From contig VXPQ01000032.1 in assembly GCA_009839485.1 (NCBI GenBank), forward strand, positions 90,982 to 154,981: a DNA stretch of 64,000 nucleotides. Reading direction: 5' to 3'. Source of the stretch: Bacteroidetes bacterium SB0662_bin_6 (lineage in GTDB: Bacteria > Bacteroidota > Rhodothermia > Rhodothermales > VXPQ01). Shown here one piece after another: positions 52,826 through 62,268 of the stretch. The notes under the pieces were generated by a model. That model searched no databases. It saw only the letters and a program-made list of their open reading frames with translations, and was not told the DNA's origin. Both the position numbers and the translations under genes were made by a program. Numbering within the stretch: the first letter of the stretch is position 1; the number at the start of each line of letters is the position of its first letter.

Positions 52826-54016
52826 ATGAAGATTCTGTTCATTGTGCAGGGGGAAGGGCGAGGACATCTCACGCAGGCGCTCGCACTGCAAACCATGCTG
52901 TGCGGGGCCGGGCATGAATTGGTCGGTGTACTCGCCGGGAACGTTCGTAATCGGGAGATCCCTGAGGTATTTGCACAACGAATCAATGTACCGATTCGTC
53001 GTTTTGGCTCGCCGGGTTTCAGTATCGGGAAGGAACAGCGCGCTATTAATTCACTCGATACGCTCATCGAAAACGTCGAGCGCATACCCGCCTTCAAGCG
53101 CAGCCTGAAAATTCTCGACCATACGATCAAAACCGTTCAGCCGGATCTGGTGCTGACTTTCTACGAACCGATGGCCGGCGTATACCAGGCGTTTTATCGC
53201 CCGAACGTACCCTTTGTAGCCGTCGGACATCAGTACATGTTCGATCATCCCGTATATGAATTTGCGCCTGGCAGGCCGGTTGACCGGTCGGCCATGAGGC
53301 TGTTCACCCGACTGACCGGTTTCCGGGCTACATGGAAACTCGCGTTATCCCTGTATCCGGCGGAAGACCTCCCGGATGCTCGCCTTTCGGTGATCCCTCC
53401 ACTTCTACGCGAGGAAGCACTGACTCTGCAAAACAACAGGGTCCAGGAGGATTTTTTTCTGATCTACCTCCTGAATCGTGGCTATGCGGAGCAGGTAATC
53501 GAATGGCACGAAAAACACCCGACGCAACGCCTGGAATGCTTTTGGGACAATCCGGAAGTCGATGACATCGTAGAGTACAGCGAGACCCTTCGCTTCAATC
53601 GGCTGCACGACACCAGATTTCTTGAGCTCATGAGCCGTTGCAGCGGCCTGGTGTGCACAGCCGGCTTCGAATCGGTTTCCGAAGCACTCTTCCTTGGCAA
53701 ACCTGTACTGGCCGTGCCGGTCGAGGGACACTATGAGCAACTGTGCAATGCTTTCGAAATAGAAAAAATGGGATGCGGAATCCGAAGCGACAAATTCGAC
53801 ATGAATCTGCTAACGAAATTCACCGCGCAGCACGATGCGACGCGAGACGACTTTCGCAGATGGGTCCTGAAAGCGGAAAAACGCGTGCTATCCATCCTGG
53901 AGGCTATAGGCACAGACCATCTCCCTTCAACCGGCAGCACGCTCAGTGGACCTGAACATCCCCAGAAACTCGCCCCTCCTGCGTCGCCCCCTAAGTTACC
54001 TGAAGCGAACAGCTAA
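52826..54016 (+). CDS. Glycosyltransferase (GT-B fold; MJ1255/TIGR00661-like, UDP-glycosyltransferase type)
   Basis: 396 aa. The N-terminus MKILFIVQGEGRGHLTQALAL is typical of this GT family. The C-terminal half ...TAGFESVSEALFLGKPVLAVPVEGHYEQLCNA... is the nucleotide-sugar-binding region. Confidence 0.8.
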   Translation: MKILFIVQGEGRGHLTQALALQTMLCGAGHELVGVLAGNVRNREIPEVFAQRINVPIRRFGSPGFSIGKEQRAINSLDTLIENVERIPAFKRSLKILDHTIKTVQPDLVLTFYEPMAGVYQAFYRPNVPFVAVGHQYMFDHPVYEFAPGRPVDRSAMRLFTRLTGFRATWKLALSLYPAEDLPDARLSVIPPLLREEALTLQNNRVQEDFFLIYLLNRGYAEQVIEWHEKHPTQRLECFWDNPEVDDIVEYSETLRFNRLHDTRFLELMSRCSGLVCTAGFESVSEALFLGKPVLAVPVEGHYEQLCNAFEIEKMGCGIRSDKFDMNLLTKFTAQHDATRDDFRRWVLKAEKRVLSILEAIGTDHLPSTGSTLSGPEHPQKLAPPASPPKLPEANS

Positions 54017-54078
54017 CATGACCGGCGCATAACCGGAGCGACGGAAACGAATCCGCTGCATACGCCTTCGTATCTCGC

Positions 54079-55098
54079 TCAGGGCGCGCCCGGAGGAATA
54101 GGGGTTATCTCCGCATGATCGCCGATGTTCAGTACCTGTGCGCCCGGATGCACATGGGCATATCCGCCGATAAGTGAATCCGCCAGCACCGCACCCCGCA
54201 CCACTGCATGGGCAAATACAATAGATTGCTCAATGACGGAGCGGCGTACATCAGCACCCGCCTCAATTGAAACATAAGGGCCCACCACAGAATCGACGAC
54301 GCGCGCATCCGGCCCGATATATACAGGGGGAATGATGATACTGTTTTCCACATCCCCCTGGAATGTGCCTGCGTCTTCCTTTTCAAGAAGACGCCGGGTC
54401 GTCTCCATGAGCGCGGATACGGTGCCGCAGTCGAGCCATTCCGTTACAGAGGCTGTCGTAAAGGCATCGCCGCGCTTTATCATGCGATCAAATGCATCGG
54501 TCAGCTGAAACTCCCCTCCCTTTCCGCGCAGATTATCGGCGATAATCCCTTCGATCGCCCCCTGAAGTTCCCTGAGCTCACGTACATAATAGATGCCGAC
54601 AAGCGCCTCGGTAGATATGGGTTCGGATGGTTTTTCAACCAGTTCCACAACCCGATCACCCTCCCGTACCGCCACTCCGAATCGGCTGGGGTCCTCAACA
54701 TGTTTCACCATAGCGACCACATCGGCATCCTTGAAATCAAGGTCCGCATCCATGTCGAAAACCGTATCCGCAAAGGCCACGACGCCAGGGCCTTGCAAAT
54801 ACTCCCGGGCTGCGTCCACCGCATGGGCCGTGCCTTCCGCGGTCTCCTGTACGGCAAATTTGGGACGCATATCGTGCCGGATGCATATCTCCCGCAGCAT
54901 TTCATACACATTTTTTCCGAAATCCGGCCCGAGCACAAAAACCCCTTCATTCAGACGTACGGGCAACACGCGATTGAACGTATCCACTATTCTCTCCACC
55001 ATACTACGCCCCTTTACGGGAAGCAGGGGCTTGGGCGTAACATGCGAATGGGGGCGAACGCGCGTACCCCGCCCCGCCATGGGAATAATGAGCTTCAT
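54079..55098 (-). CDS. Sugar-phosphate nucleotidyltransferase with C-terminal left-handed beta-helix
   Basis: MKLIIPMAGRGTRVRPHSHVTPKPLLPVKGRSMVERIV is the NTP-transferase signature. The C-terminal hexapeptide-like repeats follow (...VVGPYVSIEAGADVRRSVIEQSIVFAHAVV...). Confidence 0.85.
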   Translation of the reverse strand: MKLIIPMAGRGTRVRPHSHVTPKPLLPVKGRSMVERIVDTFNRVLPVRLNEGVFVLGPDFGKNVYEMLREICIRHDMRPKFAVQETAEGTAHAVDAAREYLQGPGVVAFADTVFDMDADLDFKDADVVAMVKHVEDPSRFGVAVREGDRVVELVEKPSEPISTEALVGIYYVRELRELQGAIEGIIADNLRGKGGEFQLTDAFDRMIKRGDAFTTASVTEWLDCGTVSALMETTRRLLEKEDAGTFQGDVENSIIIPPVYIGPDARVVDSVVGPYVSIEAGADVRRSVIEQSIVFAHAVVRGAVLADSLIGGYAHVHPGAQVLNIGDHAEITPIPPGAP

Positions 55099-55405
55099 AA
55101 AACAGATCCTCTATCAGACATCCGGGAAACCGTTGTCGCCGGACAAACACTTTGTGAACATGAAATACATAGAAAAGTGCCGCCGGGAATGCACGACAAA
55201 GAATGGCAAGGAGCGACATATCCATGGAAAGATACGAATATCTTCCTGAGCGACGATGCGGAAGAACATCGTCAGGATCACTATCTTGTACAATAGTAAG
55301 CAGGAAAAATCGTTTTTTCAGTCGTATAGGGAACCCAATTCCTATGCGTATGTATTTCGATGTTGGTTCCACCCTGTCCAAGTTCCATAGTCGTACAAAC
55401 ACGCA

Positions 55406-56248
55406 ATGACAATGAGTACTTTCAAGTCCTTTGCAGTGCTTGCACTGCTTTTCTGCCTCACAATGGGGATCCAGACCTCTCCGGTTCAGGCCCAGGCCTA
55501 CAAGGAAGCGTTCAACGCCGCCATAGAAGCCGCCAGAGCCAATGACTACCCCACAGCCCGGGACGAGTTCGCACGTGCCGCTGAATTGGCAAGCCAGGAA
55601 AATGATACGGAAATCGCTACGAAATCGGCCAGCAACGCAGCGATTATCGACTATAATATAGGCAAGGGACTCGTGGAGCAGGAAAATTTCGCAGGCGCCC
55701 TTGAACGTTTCAACGCCGGTATCGCGATGTATCCGAGCTACGTAAACAATTACGAAGGCAAGGCGCTTGCCCTGAAAAAGTTGGAACGGGTCGAAGAAGC
55801 CATCCAGGCGTACGAAGCCCTGATCGCTTTTGGAAACGAGCACAGCGACAGTCAGGCGTTGCGCAAGGGGGAAACAGGGATCCGCGACCACTTTAATTTT
55901 CTGGCTTCTTCCGCATTGGGCCGTCGAGCCGAACCGTCGGCCTCCGATGCCCGGGAAGCCATTGCCAGTCTGGAAGAACTCCAGGAGCGCGTCGATCCGG
56001 ATGCGGATACCTACTTCTATCTTGCCGTCGCCCACAATGCGCTGGGCAACTACGAACAGGCCGTATCTCTTGCCGATCAGGCGCTCAGCCTTCACCGCGG
56101 CAGTCGAACGGACGCAGCAAAAATTCACTTCACGAGAGGTGAAGCGCTCATGTACGCCGGGAATATCACGGCCGCCAAGGAATCGTTCGAAAATGCCCGG
56201 TTCGGCAGCTACAGGAGCCCGGCCGAACACTATCTCGAAACTCTTTGA
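55406..56248 (+). CDS. Secreted TPR-repeat protein
   Basis: 280 aa. Signal peptide MTMSTFKSFAVLALLFCLTMGIQTSPVQAQA, then several TPR-like repeats (...YPTARDEFARAAEL..., ...FAGALERFNAGIAMYPSYVNNYEGKALALKKLERVEEAIQAYE...). Confidence 0.75.
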   Translation: MTMSTFKSFAVLALLFCLTMGIQTSPVQAQAYKEAFNAAIEAARANDYPTARDEFARAAELASQENDTEIATKSASNAAIIDYNIGKGLVEQENFAGALERFNAGIAMYPSYVNNYEGKALALKKLERVEEAIQAYEALIAFGNEHSDSQALRKGETGIRDHFNFLASSALGRRAEPSASDAREAIASLEELQERVDPDADTYFYLAVAHNALGNYEQAVSLADQALSLHRGSRTDAAKIHFTRGEALMYAGNITAAKESFENARFGSYRSPAEHYLETL

Positions 56249-56310
56249 CAACGCATCGTACTTCTGGGTGCTGCATGGACCTCGTGCGTACGACATCCCT
56301 GCACTGACAA

Positions 56311-56577
56311 GGGCCTGTTACCACTATGCAACGATGCTCTGTTCCGTCAGGCACGGCGTCAATCAAGGCGCGAGGAGTGAAGTTTGGTGGTTCCAAATGA
56401 GCGACGAGCAACGAAGAGTGACGCCGTGACCGGCGGAACCCGAAGGGCGGGGCCTGTTTTCCCGCCATGCGGCGTTGCCGCTCGCTTATGTGGCTGGGCC
56501 ACACTGCGCTCGCGGCGCCTGGCCTGGCTGAAAAACAGGCCCCGCAGAGCGCCGCTGCATAGTGTTAACAGGGCCTA
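56311..56577. repeat. 267-bp nested-palindrome element (MITE-like or structured RNA) with ~31-nt terminal inverted repeats
   Basis: The left arm GGGCCTGTTACCACTATGCAACGATGCTCTG (56311-56341) matches the 52767-52797 copy at 27/31 and pairs with the right arm 56542-56577. Inner helices: 56341-56361 with 56419-56439 (18/21), and GGGGCCTGTTTT (56449-56460) with AAAAACAGGCCCC (56531-56543). No credible ORF. Confidence 0.7.
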
Positions 56578-56685
56578 GGGCCGTCGGAAAAGATAAAACC
56601 ATTCGTCGATCCGGAACACGGCACGATCCAGTGAATATCGAAGATACGAATCTCTACCCGGGCACCACGACCCTGACCGCTATTT

Positions 56686-57519
56686 ATGGGAAAAATTATT
56701 TCGGTTGCGAACCAGAAAGGCGGCGTGGGCAAAACAACGACGGCGATCAATCTTGCCGCATCGCTGGCGGCAATGGAGCATTCTGTCCTCCTTGTAGACA
56801 TTGATCCCCAGTCCAACACCACCTCCGGAACCGGCATACAGGACGGAACGCGCGGTCATTCCATCTACGAGGTGCTTATCGGCAACGCCGAAATCCGGGC
56901 TGTCGTACAAAAGACGGAGATTGCATCGCTCCATGTCGTGCCGAGCCACATCAATCTGGTCGGCGCCGAGATCGAAATCGCGGACCTGCCCAGGCGGGAG
57001 TACCGCCTCAAACGAGCCTTCGACACCATCCGGACGGACTACGAATTCATCGTGATCGACTGCCCGCCCTCTCTCGGGCTGCTCACGGTCAATGCGCTCA
57101 CAGCGTCCGACTCGGTAGTAATCCCTCTGCAAACCGAATACTTTGCCCTCGAGGGGCTTGGGCAACTCCTGAATACCATCCGGATCGTCCAGCAGCGCCT
57201 CAATCCGACCCTCGAAATAGAAGGGGTACTGCTGACGATGTTCGATACCCGACTCCGTCTGGCAAACCAGGTAGTGGACGAGGTACGGCAATACTTCGGC
57301 GACAAGGTGTTCAAAACGATTATCCAGCGCAACGTGCGACTTTCGGAAGCGCCCGGCTTCGGAAAACCCGTGTTGCTCTACGACGCGGTGTCTACAGGTG
57401 CGCGCAACTATATCGCGCTGGCCCGCGAGATCGTACAAAGCAATCCTGTCACCGTACCGGAAGAAAACGACGAAAACGTTGCCGATTCGGATACGCCGTC
57501 GGTCGAATACGTACAATAA
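56686..57519 (+). CDS. parA: Chromosome partitioning ATPase ParA/Soj
   Basis: MGKIISVANQKGGVGKTTTAINLAASLA... is the deviant Walker A motif. 277 aa. Confidence 0.95.
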   Translation: MGKIISVANQKGGVGKTTTAINLAASLAAMEHSVLLVDIDPQSNTTSGTGIQDGTRGHSIYEVLIGNAEIRAVVQKTEIASLHVVPSHINLVGAEIEIADLPRREYRLKRAFDTIRTDYEFIVIDCPPSLGLLTVNALTASDSVVIPLQTEYFALEGLGQLLNTIRIVQQRLNPTLEIEGVLLTMFDTRLRLANQVVDEVRQYFGDKVFKTIIQRNVRLSEAPGFGKPVLLYDAVSTGARNYIALAREIVQSNPVTVPEENDENVADSDTPSVEYVQ

Positions 57520-57548
57520 AATAAGCCTCACGCATCCCCTGTTACACC

Positions 57549-58448
57549 ATGGCACCACGAAAAGAAGCGCTGGGACGCGGGCTGAGCGCCATTCTGGAAT
57601 CGAACGAGGAGCCGCTTGCGCCCGGTCGTTCGACCGAACGAATCCGTCAGATCAGTGAGATCGACATCGCGCTCATTCGGCCGAATCCCTTTCAGCCCCG
57701 CAGGGATTTTGATGAAGAGACACTCATCGCACTGGCGGATTCGATCGAGCAACTCGGGCTTATTCAGCCCGTCACGGTGCGAACGGGGGGGAGCGGTTAC
57801 GAACTCATTTCCGGAGAACGACGCCTGCGGGCGGCGCGTCGGGCCGGCCTCGAACGCATACCCGCCTATGTTCGGGAGGTGGATGCGGATAGCATGTTGC
57901 AAATGGCTATCGTCGAGAACATCCAGCGAGAGGACCTCAATCCGATCGAGGAAGCGCTTGCCTACCGGCGCCTGATGGAAGAATGCGAAATGACCCACGA
58001 AGACGTTGCGCGCAGCGTCGCCAAAAGCCGGTCTGCCGTAACCAACATGCTGCGCCTGCTCCGGTTGCCGCCAATCATCCAGGCCAGCCTCCGCGACGGG
58101 GACGTGTCGGTCGGCCATGCCCGTGTCCTGATCAACATAAAGGACGAAAAAACGCAGATAGCGCTCTTCAACGCGATCAAGGCAGAGGGACTGTCCGTAC
58201 GGGAAATCGAGCGAAGGGTACGGGAAACCCGCCGGACGGATGGCAGAAAAAACAAAAAGGCGGACAGCCCTGAAACAGACTTACCCAAAAGGGACGCCCT
58301 GCAACTCGAGCAATACACGGTGCAACTTCGCAATCACCTGGGCACCCGGGTAGGTATCCGGCATCAGGGCGACGGCGGCCGGATCGAAATCGATTATTAT
58401 TCCGGCGACGATCTGGAGCGGCTTCTCGAATTGATCACAGGAAAATAA
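57549..58448 (+). CDS. parB: Chromosome partitioning protein ParB/Spo0J
   Basis: ...IRPNPFQPRRDFDEETL..LA.SI...GLIQPVTVR...YELISGERRLRAA... are the ParB boxes, followed by an HTH. 299 aa. Confidence 0.95.
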   Translation: MAPRKEALGRGLSAILESNEEPLAPGRSTERIRQISEIDIALIRPNPFQPRRDFDEETLIALADSIEQLGLIQPVTVRTGGSGYELISGERRLRAARRAGLERIPAYVREVDADSMLQMAIVENIQREDLNPIEEALAYRRLMEECEMTHEDVARSVAKSRSAVTNMLRLLRLPPIIQASLRDGDVSVGHARVLINIKDEKTQIALFNAIKAEGLSVREIERRVRETRRTDGRKNKKADSPETDLPKRDALQLEQYTVQLRNHLGTRVGIRHQGDGGRIEIDYYSGDDLERLLELITGK

Positions 58449-58450
58449 TC

Positions 58451-59116
58451 GTGGATAGCCGGATCGGTTACGGCGTGGTCGTCCTGTTGGCATGCATGGC
58501 GGGCTTCCCGGCGACGCGTCACGTAGCAGCACAACCTGATACAACCGTTGCGGCGCATGACCTTGCCCCCCGCACTGTACTTTGGCGAGCCGCCGTACCC
58601 GGCTGGGGCCAACTCCGCAATCGCCAATACTTCAAGGCAGCCGTTGTCTGGGGCGGTCTGGCAGGTTTTACCGGAGCAATCATCCATACAAATCGGCGAT
58701 ACCAGACGTATGGCCATGGCTACCTGTGGGTCATCCGGGATATCTCCACGGCAAACGTTCCCGCAAGCTACGAGCAAGACTACCTGGGACTGCTCAACGA
58801 ACTGGGGGTCTCCCCCGAAGAAGCTGCGTCGGACGCCTTCCAGAACAGGTTGGCCGGCCTGTTTCGCCAACAACGCGATGCTCTCCGAAGAAACCGCGAC
58901 ATGCTGTATATCGGCGCCGGCGTATTCTACGGGCTTTCGATCCTCGATGCATACGTCCACGCACAACTGCTCGACTTCGATGTAGGCGAGAATCTGGCAT
59001 TTTCCCTCCAGCCCGCAGGCATTTCGGCCACATGGCGATTCAGGGGCCGGAACACTACTGCCGATCCGGCGCAAAGCCCGGGATGCCAGACGAAAAAGAA
59101 ACCATGCGGATATTAA
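58451..59116 (+). CDS. DUF5683-family membrane protein
   Basis: ...RAAVPGWGQLRNRQYFKAAVVWGGLAGF... is the DUF5683 motif. Position directly after parB is common in Bacteroidota. The GTG start lies 3 nt after the parB stop. Confidence 0.75.
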   Translation: MDSRIGYGVVVLLACMAGFPATRHVAAQPDTTVAAHDLAPRTVLWRAAVPGWGQLRNRQYFKAAVVWGGLAGFTGAIIHTNRRYQTYGHGYLWVIRDISTANVPASYEQDYLGLLNELGVSPEEAASDAFQNRLAGLFRQQRDALRRNRDMLYIGAGVFYGLSILDAYVHAQLLDFDVGENLAFSLQPAGISATWRFRGRNTTADPAQSPGCQTKKKPCGY

Positions 59117-59250
59117 TATCGAAAATTGCTTATTTTACCCCGTTAATGCGTTAACGCTACTTTGTGGGGACATTTTCCACGCATTCCGTCTGCTTACTTC
59201 GACAGGGGGCCCGTTCCCTGGCCATACAGCCCGAGACGAATCACGATAAT

Positions 59251-60600
59251 ATGACGACGTCCCTTGATTCCCAGTCAGAGTGCCATGACGGTGCGTCAGT
59301 GGATACCTGTGCGGCGAAAGAATTGACACTGTTCGAAAAATGCCACCGATTCTTTGACGAATCGACAGATTACGGACGGGCCAAAAAAGCCGGCCTGTAT
59401 CCATATTTCCGTATGATCGAACGGAACGAGGGTACCCGCGCTATCCTGAACGGGCGCGAGGTCATTATGGCCGGCTCCAATAATTATCTGGGGCTCACGT
59501 CTGACCCCCGTGTACAGGAAGCCGCCTCCAGCGCCATCAGGAAGTACGGCACCGGTTGCACCGGGAGCCGGTTCCTCAATGGTACGCTCGATCTGCATAT
59601 CCAACTGGAAGAGCGGCTCGCCACCTTCATGAAAGCACCGGGCTGTGTGGTGTTTTCGACAGGGTATATGGCGAACGAGGGGGTGATTCAGGCTCTTGCG
59701 GGCAAGGGGGATTTCATCTTCTCCGACAAGGATAACCATGCCTCCATCACCGCGGGTACGCGCGCGAGCATGGGGGAGACGATCCGTTTTCGGCACAACG
59801 ACATGGATCACTTGCGGAGATTGCTTGCCAAGGCCTGCAGGACCCATCCGGAAGCAGGCAAGTTGATCGTTACGGACGGGGTGTTCTCCATGAGCGGCGT
59901 CATTGCGAAGGTGCCGGAACTGGTGGAACTCGCCGAAGAATTCGGGGCGGCGCTATTGCTTGACGACGCGCATGCCTGCGGCGTCATTGGACCGGGCGGG
60001 CGCGGATCGGCGGCGCATTTCGGTCTCAGCGACCGGGTGCCCCTGACCACGGGAACGTTCTCGAAGAGTTTCGCCTCGATTGGAGGATTCTGTGTGGCGG
60101 CGAGGGATATCGTCGAGTTTGTTCGCCATCGCAGTTCCACGCACATGTTCAGCGCCTCCATGCCGCCGCCCAGTGTGGCTACGGTCCTTAAATGCCTGGA
60201 CATCGTGGAAACCGAACCCGAGCGCCTCCAGCGCCTCTGGGAAATTTCGGACTATATGCGTGACGGCTTCCGGAATTTCGGATTCAATATCTGGACCAGT
60301 CAGTCCCCGGTCATTCCGGTCGTTATCGGCGACATGCTGACCTGTTTCAAGTTCTGGCATGACCTGCTCGAAGAAGGCGTCTTCGCCAATGCAGTCGCCC
60401 CTCCTGCCGTACCGCAGGGCCAATCCCTCATGCGTACCTCCTTCATGGCGACGCACTCAAACGACGAATTGGATTTTATCCTTGAAAAATTCACCCGGGT
60501 GGGCATAAAACACGGTATCGTCAACAGAAACGGTACGGCAACGTTCGAAGAGCACGAGAAATACCTGGCGGAGACGGTACAGGCTGATGCCCAGCCATAA
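59251..60600 (+). CDS. PLP-dependent alpha-oxoamine synthase (serine palmitoyltransferase / 8-amino-7-oxononanoate synthase family)
   Basis: ...GSNNYLGL..., ...DDAH..GV.G..GRG..., and the PLP-lysine context GTFSKSFASIGGF. Track ORF starts at 59164. ATG at 59251 (MTTSLDSQ...) is preferred. Confidence 0.88.
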   Translation: MTTSLDSQSECHDGASVDTCAAKELTLFEKCHRFFDESTDYGRAKKAGLYPYFRMIERNEGTRAILNGREVIMAGSNNYLGLTSDPRVQEAASSAIRKYGTGCTGSRFLNGTLDLHIQLEERLATFMKAPGCVVFSTGYMANEGVIQALAGKGDFIFSDKDNHASITAGTRASMGETIRFRHNDMDHLRRLLAKACRTHPEAGKLIVTDGVFSMSGVIAKVPELVELAEEFGAALLLDDAHACGVIGPGGRGSAAHFGLSDRVPLTTGTFSKSFASIGGFCVAARDIVEFVRHRSSTHMFSASMPPPSVATVLKCLDIVETEPERLQRLWEISDYMRDGFRNFGFNIWTSQSPVIPVVIGDMLTCFKFWHDLLEEGVFANAVAPPAVPQGQSLMRTSFMATHSNDELDFILEKFTRVGIKHGIVNRNGTATFEEHEKYLAETVQADAQP

Positions 60601-60642
60601 AGCCATGCCGGTCGTACCCGGGCCTGCCATTCCTCTGCTCGT

Positions 60643-61785
60643 ATGACCACACGCTCCGTGACCATTCGTCCCGTCCGCTCCCGGAGTGATCTCAAGGCAT
60701 TCATTGATTTCCCGTACCGCCTGTACCGAAACTATCCGGCCTGGATACCTCCGCTCCGGCAGGATATGCGCCACACGCTGAACCCGAAGAAGAACGCCTT
60801 TTTCGAGCACGGCGCCATCTATCCGTTTCTTGCCCGCGACGCTTCCGGAACCGTCACAGGGCGCATCGCCGCCATCGTAAACGGCATGCATCTCAAGACC
60901 TACGAGGATAACCTGGGCTATTTCGGGTTCTTCGAAACCATCGAGGAGTATGCGGTAGCGGAAGCGCTCCTCGACGCCGCTTCCGATCGCCTACGGGAAG
61001 AGGGCCTGACGGGAGTGCGCGGACCCACGAATCCCTCCATCAACGATACCTGCGGCCTGCTGGTGGATGGGTTCAACAAAGAGCCGGGGGTTCTCATGCC
61101 GTACAATCCCCCCTACTACGAACCCTTTCTGGAGCGGTACGGCTTCGAACGCGCAATGACTATGTGGGGGTATTACATCCACAAGAAGTACGTGAAGACC
61201 GCCAAACTCGAACGCGGCGTCGAGATCGTCAAAAAGCGCAATCCGGGCGTGACACTGCGCACCCTGGACATGAAGCGATTCGACGAAGAAGCGCAGACCA
61301 TCCGTGATATCTACAACGATGCCTGGGAAAACAACTGGGGGCATGTCCCGATGACCGAGGCGGAATTTGCCCAGCTTGCCCGGCAAATGAAGCAGATCGT
61401 CGATCCGAACATCATCTATTTTGTGGAGGACGACGGAGTGCCCGTGGGATTTTCGGTATCGCTGCCCAACATCAACCAGTTGCTCAGGCACGTACGCAAC
61501 GGGCGGTTGTTTCCCTTCGGAGTGTTCCAGTTGCTGATCCGGGAAAAATTCGGTGGAATCACGGAAGTCCGCACCCCCATCCTCGGCGTCCGGAAGAAAT
61601 ACCACGGACGCGGCTTGGATGCTATCCTCAACCTTGCGGCCATCCGCGACGGCGAGAAAAAAGGCTACGAGGCAGGCGAATTGAGTTGGGTTCTTGAATC
61701 CAATGTGCGCCAGCGGAATGCACTCATTTCTTTCGGGGGCGTCGTCGACAAGGAATATGCGATGATGGAAAAGGCCCTGACATAG
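60643..61785 (+). CDS. Uncharacterised ~380-aa protein, GNAT-like N-acyltransferase fold suspected
   Basis: 380 aa. MTTRSVTIRPVRSRSDLKAFIDFPYRLYRNYPAWIPPLRQDM... and ...VRKKYHGRGLDAIL... (acyl-CoA binding-like R/Q-x-x-G-x-G/A). The coding call is solid. The function is a guess. Confidence 0.6.
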   Translation: MTTRSVTIRPVRSRSDLKAFIDFPYRLYRNYPAWIPPLRQDMRHTLNPKKNAFFEHGAIYPFLARDASGTVTGRIAAIVNGMHLKTYEDNLGYFGFFETIEEYAVAEALLDAASDRLREEGLTGVRGPTNPSINDTCGLLVDGFNKEPGVLMPYNPPYYEPFLERYGFERAMTMWGYYIHKKYVKTAKLERGVEIVKKRNPGVTLRTLDMKRFDEEAQTIRDIYNDAWENNWGHVPMTEAEFAQLARQMKQIVDPNIIYFVEDDGVPVGFSVSLPNINQLLRHVRNGRLFPFGVFQLLIREKFGGITEVRTPILGVRKKYHGRGLDAILNLAAIRDGEKKGYEAGELSWVLESNVRQRNALISFGGVVDKEYAMMEKALT

Positions 61786-61869
61786 GGCAATGCGGCAGGC
61801 GCCCTATGGATCGGACAGGATGCCCTGACCCTCCGGCGCTTGCGTTCCCAATCTCCATGAAATAAGGAA

Positions 61870-62268
61870 GTGCAAGGAATGTCCAAAGCCAGAATCGGAA
61901 CGTTCGACGACTTGCTCCGGATCACGGAAGAACCCCTCCGTCCCATCGCGCAAGCGCTGCGGGAGCTGGTTTTCGAGATCGATCCCGGCGCCTGCGAGGT
62001 GGTCCGCCTCGGTTACCGCTCTGCAACCTACGGCGTGGGATCAAGGCAAATGATTGACGGCTATGTCTATATTCTGCCTTACAAGCGATGGGTTAACCTC
62101 GGCTTCTATCAGGGCGTGGCTCTGGCGGACCCGGAGGCCCTGCTTGAGGGAACGGGCGCACGCCTGCGCCATGTGAAGATGCACTCTCTGGAAGATGTGA
62201 GCCATCCGGCGGTTCGAGGGCTTATCGAAAGCGCTCTGGCCGAGCGCAGGACAACGCTTGGTCGCTGA
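61870..62268 (+). CDS. DUF1801 (YdhG-like) domain protein
   Basis: 132 aa with a ...PLRPIAQALRELVFEIDPGA...YGVG...VYILPYKRWVNLGFYQG... pattern. Start is either GTG 61870 or ATG 61879. Confidence 0.65.
   Translation: MQGMSKARIGTFDDLLRITEEPLRPIAQALRELVFEIDPGACEVVRLGYRSATYGVGSRQMIDGYVYILPYKRWVNLGFYQGVALADPEALLEGTGARLRHVKMHSLEDVSHPAVRGLIESALAERRTTLGR

Noticed and set aside
859-56296. Many long ORFs antisense to or overlapping confirmed genes, for example 859..1860(+), 2958..4265(+), 28213..29217(-), 34480..35478(+), 45261..46313(+), 48271..49254(-) and 55004..56296(-).
   Set aside because: They are typical shadow ORFs of a high-GC genome. Each lies opposite a gene with unmistakable conserved motifs. 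Their compositions are Arg/Pro/His/Cys-rich with no recognisable domains.
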